From the NCBI GenBank assembly GCA_963833575.1, contig CAWHXY010000006.1, positions 288,861 through 352,860 on the forward strand: a stretch of DNA of 64,000 nt. Reading direction: 5' to 3'. A program made the position numbers and the translations under genes. The notes beneath the pieces were generated by a model. That model was not told where the DNA came from. It did no database searches and saw nothing but the letters and a program-made list of their open reading frames with translations. This DNA is from Candidatus Bathyarchaeota archaeon (GTDB lineage: Archaea; Thermoproteota; Bathyarchaeia; Bathyarchaeales; Bathycorpusculaceae). Positions 40,030 through 48,107 of this stretch are shown in pieces; the stretch's first letter is position 1; each line of letters starts with the position of its first letter.

Positions 40030-40974
40030 TCAGGCTTTCTTACCACATGAATCTCTCCACTTGTAGAACTGGTACGAATTTTGTAATGGATTCATTTTTA
40101 AATTGACCCAATTAGAAAGAAATCTCATCAATTCAATGTCTTCATCGTTAACGCTATCTCTGCCATCACGCAAAGCACTACACTTTGTCATTGTTCTAAT
40201 AATCTTAAACAGCCGTATCCCTTTAATTTCAAAATTCCTTAGTCTTTCGTTATACCCTCGCTTAATGTCCTGCGTAATTAAATATAGCTCTCTACCATAC
40301 TTCTCTGAAATTTTTATATCATAACGTTTTTTGAACTCATGAATTTTTATGTTTTTAACGAAATCTTTGGTATCTTTTTGCAAAATAAGAGAATCAAACA
40401 CTGAAGCGAGTACAGATTCAGGGACATCAAAACTAAAGACTAAAGGTCTTGAAAAGAATCCACCACGATACAGTTTAGCTTTGACCATTTTCTTTCCAAC
40501 AGTAAACATTCCAAGCGTGTTTATTGCGGCAATTATTCCCCCTCTTGCTCCTTTGTACTTTTTCATTTCATCAGGGAATATTGCGTAAGTACTTTCATTA
40601 GAAAGCCCTTCCTCTGTCAACGCATTTATGAACTCTATAGTTGACTCAATAGTATTCTCTTTGAATGAGAACATTGAATTGAAATCATAAACTATCGTTG
40701 TCGGAAGAATTTTAGGATTCTCGAATAGAAGCTTTATTTTCCCAGATATCAAATCCCGTTGGTAGCCATGAGCGGTGAATCTTCGCATAACTTGAATACT
40801 TTTACTATTGCAAGCGAACTTTTTTAGAGCCTCTGTCCTTCCAGATTCGGCTTCACTCAATAATAATAAGCTGACAGGTTTTTCGTTCTTTACGTAAACT
40901 GATAATGCCGCAAGTTCTATTGCGTCAAATACAGGTTCTAATCCAATTAATTCGGTTTTTTTCAAGTGTTTCAC
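40030..40974 (-). CDS. MCM-like AAA+ ATPase (putative helicase) of the element
   Basis: LLLLSEAESGRT (degenerate Walker A), IVYDF (Walker B), ALTEEG, IIAAIN (sensor 1), FFSRP (Arg finger), GIRLFKIIR..CSALRDGRDSVNDEDI (sensor-2 helix of the MCM/MoxR/chelatase clade). Confidence 0.65.
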   Translation of the reverse strand: MKHLKKTELIGLEPVFDAIELAALSVYVKNEKPVSLLLLSEAESGRTEALKKFACNSKSIQVMRRFTAHGYQRDLISGKIKLLFENPKILPTTIVYDFNSMFSFKENTIESTIEFINALTEEGLSNESTYAIFPDEMKKYKGARGGIIAAINTLGMFTVGKKMVKAKLYRGGFFSRPLVFSFDVPESVLASVFDSLILQKDTKDFVKNIKIHEFKKRYDIKISEKYGRELYLITQDIKRGYNERLRNFEIKGIRLFKIIRTMTKCSALRDGRDSVNDEDIELMRFLSNWVNLKMNPLQNSYQFYKWRDSCGKKA

Positions 40975-41036
40975 CTACTTTTAAGTTTTTTAAGAAATGG
41001 ATAATCCTGAGTTTTCGGGTTCTTCCGAATATCAAT

Positions 41037-41238
41037 TCAGCAGTTGTTCTTTAGAATCTGGCGTACTACTTTCGCTGGCACTATCACGTTATGGGTACAA
41101 GTTGGGCACTTGAACATTTTATCGCCTTTATTTTTATGATTACGCCACAGCCTTGGGTCTGGTGCCCACCTATAGCCACACTTTTCACTTCTGCACCTAA
41201 CATATACCTTTTTTTTCGTTTCTCTCGTTTTTCAGCAT
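41037..41238 (-). pseudogene. Zinc-ribbon gene frameshifted in an A8 tract
   Basis: GAGGAG SD and ATG at 41238. Removing one A from the A8 run (T8 at 41209-41216) fuses it to VYVRCRSEKCGYRW...FKCPTC...*. Confidence 0.55.
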
Positions 41239-41513
41239 CTCCTCTGTTTTTTATTTTATTTGTTTTTTCAAAACCCTCTCTGACTGTATTTTTTAGATTT
41301 AGTTAAAATTTGCTTGAGCCTCGCAAAGCTCCGAGAGCTACTTTCTCGTTCTCTTCTACCTTTACCATAGGCTTGCGGTTATTTAAACCTTTTCCCAAGG
41401 CGGAAATCGGAAATCCGCTAAGTTTTCTGCTTCTTTTCACCATTAAATCCTGAATAGTGACACAAATATTCTACACAAAAGCTAATGCACACTGACTCTA
41501 AGTAAAAATAGCG

Positions 41514-41987
41514 TTATACTGAGCTGACAACATTAGGAACTATGACAGTTATTCTTGCTTTGTGACCTATCAAATGTTTATCTACTGTTAGCTGAATTCT
41601 TCCGCAATGATAGAGCTTACCTTTAGATTTGACCTTGTGTTTTTTTATCCGTACTTCGTAAGAGTGAATCGTAAACTTTCCTTTCTGCTCTATATCGTGT
41701 TCTACTGTTTCTTTTAGCATTATTTCTTCTTTTGGTGATTCCCAAATAAATTGTGAATAATTCCTTTTCATGATTTCAAGGTTGTCTCGGTAAGTCCCTA
41801 AGTTGTCGAGTAAGTCTAACTCTATATACTCTTCAAACTCTAACTCTGGATTAAGTTTTCTGAAAAGCTTCTCAATCATGTGAATCTGCAATCCCCATGG
41901 CATTATTCTGTAATTCTTCTTGCTGTGTCTTCGCATAATTAAAGTAAATGTAAAAAGAAGTGTAAAAGTTTTACTAAAACTATTCAC
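41514..41987 (-). CDS. Hypothetical protein with C-terminal AbrB/DUF2080-like swapped-hairpin motif (element)
   Basis: GRIQLTVDKHLIGHKARITV; the likely start is the internal MRRHSKK. Confidence 0.5.
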   Translation of the reverse strand: MNSFSKTFTLLFTFTLIMRRHSKKNYRIMPWGLQIHMIEKLFRKLNPELEFEEYIELDLLDNLGTYRDNLEIMKRNYSQFIWESPKEEIMLKETVEHDIEQKGKFTIHSYEVRIKKHKVKSKGKLYHCGRIQLTVDKHLIGHKARITVIVPNVVSSV

Positions 41988-42050
41988 ACTAATTTAGAGT
42001 CTTACGCCTTAATTAAGCAAAGAACGTATTAGATTTATTGAGAAAGAAAG

Positions 42051-42518
42051 ATGTTCGATTTTGCATTTGCTGTTGCCGTTGCATTAATCGCTCCATTACT
42101 TGCAACACATTACTATTTTAAAGACAAAATTAAAAAAGAATTTGAAAAAAGGAAAAGCAAATATTCTGAGACTATGGCGAAAAATCAAGTTGACGGGTTC
42201 AAAGCTCTTATACAGAAGTATGGGACTTCTGAAATTCCGCCCTACGATAAGTTTGAAGAATATTACTGTGACCTTTACAAGAAACAATTTGAAGGATTAG
42301 ACGATATTACCGAAGCTCTAAGACTTGAGAATTTCCTAAATAATACCCTGTTCTTTTTCTTTAGTGCTATAGCTTTATTCTTGCTTGCAGGGATTTTCCC
42401 TTATGTTGCTACGTCGGATTTTACTCTTGCAGGTTTTTCCGTTCCTTCCATGATTGGCGGAGTAATAGCAACGATAATGGCATGTTTTAGAATCTACCAA
42501 ATTGAGAAGATATTATAG
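42051..42518 (+). CDS. Hypothetical membrane protein (3 TM), element cargo
   Basis: One N-terminal and two C-terminal hydrophobic helices. Confidence 0.7.
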   Translation: MFDFAFAVAVALIAPLLATHYYFKDKIKKEFEKRKSKYSETMAKNQVDGFKALIQKYGTSEIPPYDKFEEYYCDLYKKQFEGLDDITEALRLENFLNNTLFFFFSAIALFLLAGIFPYVATSDFTLAGFSVPSMIGGVIATIMACFRIYQIEKIL

Positions 42519-42561
42519 AACATGCCGTTTGGATTAGTTTCGGATAAAAGTGAAATTAGTC

Positions 42562-42835
42562 CTTTGCGAGGGGTAAATTTTTCTCTTAATTTTTTACCCC
42601 TAATAGCCCAACGAGGGGTAAAAAAATAGTAAAAAAGTACCCCTCGTATATATGATAATTATACTACGCTTAGCCCCTCTGAAGGCTATTTTCAGCATAA
42701 AAAAACCCCTTGTACCCTTTCTCTACGTGGTATTAGACTACTGAGCGTGCTCTCTTTAGGTTTGACCGCTAATTAATCTGGTTACTGCCTCTTTCCTTAA
42801 TCCACTAATCGTAGAACAAGTGTGTGTGTGTGTGC
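42562..42835 (-). repeat. Right terminal inverted repeat (274 bp)
   Basis: Reverse complement of 32822-33095. Confidence 0.95.
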
Positions 42836-42848
42836 ATTAAATTTTAAT
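42836..42848 (+). repeat. Right target-site duplication ATTAAATTTTAAT (shared with second element)
   Basis: Identical to 32809-32821. Confidence 0.8.
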
Positions 42849-42976
42849 GCACACACACATTTTCCAACGGTCAGTAGCTCAAGGAATTTCAGCGGCAAAA
42901 CGTAAACGCATAAAAGAATACTCACGCTCAATAGGAAAATAATGTACGTATAAACGCTAAGAGTACATTTCAATGT

Positions 42977-43013
42977 GTTCCAAAGTGGGAACGGTATGTT
43001 CCACGAATAGAAC
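42977..43013. promoter_or_regulatory. Two GTTC-N8-GAAC palindromes 21 bp apart (putative operator)
   Basis: GTTCCAAAGTGGGAAC (42977-42992) and GTTCCACGAATAGAAC (42998-43013), upstream of 43071. Confidence 0.4.
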
Positions 43014-43070
43014 TAAATATTCTGTTAACCAAGAAATTTGTCAAGGCAAATAAGAGCATAGGCGGAATTA

Positions 43071-44279
43071 TTGGCTGTGTCACATGAGGCTAAACAGCAA
43101 GTATTGAAGAAAAGTGAAGCGGTCAAATCAGGAACCTTTGTATTAGTCTTAACCCTTTTCTCTATTCTCTTAGCCGCCAATTCAGTTCATGCTATTGAAG
43201 TTACCGCCACAGTACCCGTAGGTTCAGCCCCAAATGCGGCAGTGTATGACTCTGGAAGGGGGGAAGTATTTGTTGCCAATGCTGGATCAAATAGTGTCTC
43301 TGTCATCTCCGATGCCAACAACTCTTTGATTGCAACTATTGCTTTGCCGTCTGATTCTCCGAGCCCAAGCGATATAGCCTATGATTCTATCACCGGAGAA
43401 ATATTCGTGGTGAATAATCCCGTCGACAATTTTTTTGCTAGCAGCACCATCTCGGTAATAACTGACACAACTAACAGCATTGTTACCACCATAAACTTGG
43501 GATTCAATAATGTTGTTGGAATTTGCTACGACTTGAACATGAGAGACATAGTTGTAGCCAGCCAAAACCCAGGCGGTCCAGTAGGTCCTGTAACTTTCAT
43601 TTCCGACAGCAGCTATAGCGTAGCGTCGACAGTCAATGTTGGAGGTCATCCTCAAGGGATAGTTTACGACTCAGACAAGAGAGAAATCTTCGTATCCACT
43701 GAAGGAGACACAAACTCTTGGGTCTCTGTAATTCCAGACTATTCAAACACTGTTATTGCAAATGTAACTGTTCAAAATGTTCCCATCGGGTTAGCTTATG
43801 ATTCTGGCAAAGGGGAAATATTTTTAGCAAGCGTAGGGACACCCGAACTTGTCAATCCTGAGTCGGGGGTTACTGTTATTTCAGACCAGACCAACACTGT
43901 GGTAGCATCTATTCCTATGTCTGAAGGTACGGTAAACTTGGCTTATGACAGTAAGCAAGGATTGATATTCGTCTGCCATGCTGGTGAAAACAATGTTGTT
44001 TCGGTAATATTGGACAGCAACAACTCTGTGATTGCGAATGTAACTGTAGAAAACTCTACACTGTGGGGTCTATGTTATGACTCTGCAAAAAGCGAAATAT
44101 TCGCAACGAATCCTTACAACGCGACAATTACGGTAATTTCTGACCAGTTGGCGACTACTGCCCCGACAACAACGCCATCTTCAACTCCTACCGTTCCAGA
44201 GTTTCCAACTTTGATAATTCTGCCATTTTTTGCTATTGTAATACTACTATCACTTGTTTCTAAGAAAATTAGAGATTAA
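43071..44279 (+). CDS. YVTN/YncE beta-propeller surface protein with PEF-CTERM sorting signal
   Basis: Seven YDS..GEIFV.N...VSVISD..N.V repeats, Thr/Pro linker, VPEFPT followed by TM and a basic tail. Confidence 0.88.
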   Translation: MAVSHEAKQQVLKKSEAVKSGTFVLVLTLFSILLAANSVHAIEVTATVPVGSAPNAAVYDSGRGEVFVANAGSNSVSVISDANNSLIATIALPSDSPSPSDIAYDSITGEIFVVNNPVDNFFASSTISVITDTTNSIVTTINLGFNNVVGICYDLNMRDIVVASQNPGGPVGPVTFISDSSYSVASTVNVGGHPQGIVYDSDKREIFVSTEGDTNSWVSVIPDYSNTVIANVTVQNVPIGLAYDSGKGEIFLASVGTPELVNPESGVTVISDQTNTVVASIPMSEGTVNLAYDSKQGLIFVCHAGENNVVSVILDSNNSVIANVTVENSTLWGLCYDSAKSEIFATNPYNATITVISDQLATTAPTTTPSSTPTVPEFPTLIILPFFAIVILLSLVSKKIRD

Positions 44280-44523
44280 CGATTCGGGGATTCCAAGTTT
44301 TTGTTTCTCCTCTAAAATATTAGCGAGCAATAGACCCTCTTCATTAATCAGCGTTTCTATCTCTTGCTGATTTCCTACCTTCATTCTCGGTAATCTAACT
44401 TTCGAGAGGAAATAATTGTACAGCTTATTTGTAAACTCGTTAGCCAAATAATGTTTCATATATTGTCGTTTAGCTTTTTTGTTAGACCGTTTCTGAGTCT
44501 TGTAAGCGAAATCCCTTTTTCAA
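44269..44523 (-). pseudogene. cas1: cas1 3'-terminal relic
   Basis: KRDFAYKTQKRSNKKAKRQYMKHYLANEFTNKLYNYFLSKVRLPRMKVGNQQEIETLINEE closely matches the C-terminus of the 35561 Cas1; 1-nt frameshift before YFRGETKTWNPRIVNL*. Confidence 0.9.
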
Positions 44524-44656
44524 AGGTGTATGTTTTCTTTCGCCTGTTTGGTTAGGAAAATTCCCAAAGCAGAAAGAGGGGTTTACTTCATTTGAGTGCG
44601 TAAGACTTAAACAGTTATTAGTCTTTAACCAAAACAAGTTTACGGAGTCACTAATC

Positions 44657-47125
44657 ATGCAACCTATGCCTAAGGAATACAATTTCACAGAGATTGAGCG
44701 TAAGTGGCAGCAAAAATGGGAAGAAATGGGCATTTATCATTATGATTGGAACGACAAAAAGCGCATTCCTTTCAGCATAGATACCCCACCGCCTTATCCC
44801 TCGGGCGAATTGCACATGGGCAACGTTTTGAATTGGACCTACTTTGACATGGTTGCCAGATTCAAACGCATGCAAGGCTTCAACGTGCTTTTCCCCCAGG
44901 GCTGGGACTGCCACGGTTTAGGCATAGAAATTCAAGTTGAAAAAGCAAGAAATATCCGGAAACGCGATGTACCTCCAGACCAGTTCCGTGAATGGTGTAT
45001 TGAAACGGTAGAAAAATACATCTCTATGATGAAGGAAGGCATACTGAAAATGGGTGCAAGCATAGACTGGACCACCGAATACAAAACGATGGATCCGGAC
45101 TATTGGCGTAGAACCCAACTAAGTTTTATTTTACTTTACAAAAAAGATTACATGTACCGAGGCACTCATCCAGTAAATTGGTGTCCAAGAGATGAAACAG
45201 CCATCGCAGATGCAGAAGTCGACCATATTAAAAAGGAAGGCACCCTTCATTACATACGCTTCCAACTGGAAGGCAGCAATGAATATTTGCTAATCGCGAC
45301 TTCACGTCCCGAATTCATACCCGCATGCGTCGCTGTGGAAGTTAACCCAAAAGATGAACGCTACAACAAATACATAGGCAGAAAAATCGCTGTTCCCCTC
45401 GTGAACCGCGAAGTAACCATCATTAGCGAAGAATCGGTAGATCCATGCTTTGGCACGGGCGTTGTTCAAATTTGCACTTACGGCGACAAAGAAGACGTAA
45501 AAACAGTCATAAAACATAAACTGCCAGTTATCCGCCTATTAACCGAAAGCGGCAAAATCAGCGAGGCAGGCTGCAAATACGCTGGCTTATACGTTAACCA
45601 AGCACGCGCAGCCATCGTTGCAGACTTAACTGCAGCGGGCTTACTTGAGAAGAGTGAGAAGATTCAGCAGGAAGTTGGCGTCTGCGATCGATGCAAAGCG
45701 CAAGTCGAGATTTTAGAGGTTAAACAATGGTTCATGAAAACCCTTCCATTATCTGAAGCAGTAGAGAAGAACGCCAACGAGATTCCATGGTATCCAGATT
45801 ACATGAAAAACCGCTTAATAGACTGGACAAGGGCGCTGGATTGGGATTGGGTTGTTAGCCGCCAAAGATTATTTGCTACGCCAATTCCAGTTTGGTACTG
45901 CAAGAGTTGTGGTGAAGTCATCGTTGCAAAGGAAAGCTGGGTGCCAATTGACCCAAGAATGGAAAAACCTAGAATTGACAAATGCCCTAAATGTGGTGGA
46001 ACCGAATTCAATGGTGAAGCTGATGTGTTGGATACTTGGATGGATTCCTCAATTACCTGTGCTGTCCATGCTGGCTGGCCCGACCGAGCTGATTGGAAAC
46101 ACTTGTTCCCTGCAAGCATGCACCCATCAGGCACAGACATCATCCGAACCTGGGCATACTACCTCATGGTACGCCACTTAGCCTTATTCGATGAACGCCC
46201 ATTCAACAGCGTCCTCATAAACGGCATGGTGCTGGGCGCAGACGGCAGAAAAATGAGCAAATCGCTCAAAAACTATGCTGCTGCACCCGAAGTGCTAAAC
46301 AAAAACGGAGCTGACGCCACAAGACAATGGGCAGCTGGCGGAGGAGCAACAGGCTCAGACATTCCCTACCGCGCCCAAGATATTGAGTACGGCAGACGCT
46401 TCTTAGTGAAACTGTGGAATGCTTCAGGTTTCACAAGCAACCTTCTAGCAGACTACAAGCCTGATCCAAAAGCAGATTTGGACCTTCAGCCCCTCGACAA
46501 ATGGATACTCAGCAAAGCCGAAAACGTGACAAAGAAGGTTACTGAGGCGTTTGAAAAATGCCAATTTAACATTGCCGTTGAAGACGTACGGAATTTCACA
46601 TGGCATGTTTTCTGTGATTATTATGTTGAAGCCGTTAAGGACAGGCTCTATAATCCGAATCCTGATTTGGATGGACAAGCTAAAAAGTTGGCCGCTCAAT
46701 TTACACTCTACGAAGTTCTTTACCGCATGCTGCAACTGCTAGCACCCGTTACCCCCCACATTACTGAAGAAATATACCAACACATGTTTGCTGAAAACAA
46801 GGGTTTCGAAAGCTTGCAGATTTCACAATGGCCGAAGTTCAACGCTCAACTTGTTAATGAACAAGCAGAAAAGAACGGCAACTTACTTATTGCCATCATC
46901 GGAGAAGTGCGTCATGACAAAGCAGAGAAAAAACTTCCACTAAACGTACCAATAAAAAACCTAATTGTTTATGCGGGCAATGACGAAAACGCGAAAGTAA
47001 TCACGTCAGCCAAAGGAGACATCTCTGGAACCTTGAAGCTATCAAACATTCAAGTTCTGGCCGAAAAAAGTGGTGAAGGACGTCAAGTTGGCTCTACCGA
47101 TGTTCGTGTCAAAGTTGAATATTGA
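44657..47125 (+). CDS. valS: Valine--tRNA ligase (archaeal type)
   Basis: DTPPPYPSGELHMGN, GWDCHG, WVVSRQR, DTWMDSS, KMSKS. Confidence 0.96.
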   Translation: MQPMPKEYNFTEIERKWQQKWEEMGIYHYDWNDKKRIPFSIDTPPPYPSGELHMGNVLNWTYFDMVARFKRMQGFNVLFPQGWDCHGLGIEIQVEKARNIRKRDVPPDQFREWCIETVEKYISMMKEGILKMGASIDWTTEYKTMDPDYWRRTQLSFILLYKKDYMYRGTHPVNWCPRDETAIADAEVDHIKKEGTLHYIRFQLEGSNEYLLIATSRPEFIPACVAVEVNPKDERYNKYIGRKIAVPLVNREVTIISEESVDPCFGTGVVQICTYGDKEDVKTVIKHKLPVIRLLTESGKISEAGCKYAGLYVNQARAAIVADLTAAGLLEKSEKIQQEVGVCDRCKAQVEILEVKQWFMKTLPLSEAVEKNANEIPWYPDYMKNRLIDWTRALDWDWVVSRQRLFATPIPVWYCKSCGEVIVAKESWVPIDPRMEKPRIDKCPKCGGTEFNGEADVLDTWMDSSITCAVHAGWPDRADWKHLFPASMHPSGTDIIRTWAYYLMVRHLALFDERPFNSVLINGMVLGADGRKMSKSLKNYAAAPEVLNKNGADATRQWAAGGGATGSDIPYRAQDIEYGRRFLVKLWNASGFTSNLLADYKPDPKADLDLQPLDKWILSKAENVTKKVTEAFEKCQFNIAVEDVRNFTWHVFCDYYVEAVKDRLYNPNPDLDGQAKKLAAQFTLYEVLYRMLQLLAPVTPHITEEIYQHMFAENKGFESLQISQWPKFNAQLVNEQAEKNGNLLIAIIGEVRHDKAEKKLPLNVPIKNLIVYAGNDENAKVITSAKGDISGTLKLSNIQVLAEKSGEGRQVGSTDVRVKVEY

Positions 47126-47134
47126 GGTTATTGA

Positions 47135-47878
47135 GTGATTAGCAAAGTCAAAGTTGGTTTGATAGGATGCGGCGCAATTGGCACTGTGCTAGCAGAAGCC
47201 ATTGAGCGGAAACTTGTTGTCTGCGACGAACTGGTTGTTTATGACTTTGAAGCCTTAAAAGCCCAGAAACTTAAAACCGCAATCAAATTCCCCGTAACAA
47301 TTGTTGAAAATATTGATGAATTGATTGCGTGGAAGCCAAAAGTCATTGTGGAGGCGGCGTCTCAGCAGGCAGCAAAAGATTATGTGCCAAAAATTGTTTC
47401 TGCAAAAATCGAGTTAATTGTGATGAGCACAGGTGCATTACTAGATTTAGATGTTGATATGACCAAGGTTCATGTCCCTTCAGGCGCTATCGGCGGCTTG
47501 GATGCTCTTTCCAGCGCAACTTTAGCGGGGATAGACGAGGTTGTGTTGACTTCACGCAAAAACCCCAAAGCTTTAGGAGCTGAAAATAAAGAGGCAAAAA
47601 TCGTTTACGAAGGCTACGCCGAAGAAGCAGCCAAACGTTTCCCACGAGAAATGAACGTTGCCGCAACCTTAGCATTAACTGTTAAACCAGCCAAAGTAAA
47701 AGTCCATGTGGTTTCTGACCCATCAGTTACACGAAACACACATGAAATTCAGGTTAAATGGAAGTTCGGCGAAATGTTTCTGCGGTTTGCCAACGACCCA
47801 CACCCAGACAACCCACACACCAGCGCATTAGCAGCATGGGCAGCCATAAAACTGCTACAGACCCTTTTGAAAACCTAA
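47135..47878 (+). CDS. nadX: L-aspartate dehydrogenase
   Basis: GCGAIG, VEAAS, PSGAIGGLD, FPREMNVA, NTHEI, NPHTS. Confidence 0.9.
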   Translation: MISKVKVGLIGCGAIGTVLAEAIERKLVVCDELVVYDFEALKAQKLKTAIKFPVTIVENIDELIAWKPKVIVEAASQQAAKDYVPKIVSAKIELIVMSTGALLDLDVDMTKVHVPSGAIGGLDALSSATLAGIDEVVLTSRKNPKALGAENKEAKIVYEGYAEEAAKRFPREMNVAATLALTVKPAKVKVHVVSDPSVTRNTHEIQVKWKFGEMFLRFANDPHPDNPHTSALAAWAAIKLLQTLLKT

Positions 47879-48107
47879 TCATCCGACTTTTTTGTACGTT
47901 TTCCTTCTTTTTCCTTCTTTTCTGTACTTTTCCCTACTTTTCTAGCCTTTTCTGTACTCAACCTGCAACCACAGCAAGCCCCAAATCAAAAAAGCAACTT
48001 AAAACACAAAGAAAAAATTGCACGTGCGAAACTCAATCGGACTAAGTTAAATTATTGAAGATTAGCCAAAACAAAACTAAAAAAGAAAAAGAAATTAAGA
48101 AATACGA

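Larger units (their letters stand above)
32822..42835. mobile_element. Casposon-like Cas1 element (10,014 bp) without family B DNA polymerase
   Basis: 274-bp TIRs, 13-bp TSD, standalone cas1, no CRISPR array or other cas genes, and a run of virus/plasmid-like small ORFs. Confidence 0.88.
42849..44523. mobile_element. Decayed second casposon-like element in tandem
   Basis: Begins GCACACACACA followed by diverged TIR sequence; carries a cargo gene and a cas1 3' relic in the same orientation as element 1; no right TIR seen. Confidence 0.7.

Noticed and set aside
42825-42859. Junction read as a head-to-tail duplicate or circular form of element 1
   Set aside because: After GCACACACACA the sequence diverges from the left TIR (19/27 identity), so it belongs to a different, older element.
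31000-44650. CRISPR array or CRISPR-Cas locus associated with cas1
   Set aside because: No regularly spaced 25-40 bp repeats and no cas2, cas4 or effector genes; cas1 sits inside TIRs.
44524-44650. Right TIR and TSD of the second element
   Set aside because: Only short fragments (AGGGGT, TGAGTGC) resemble the TIR; not enough to call.
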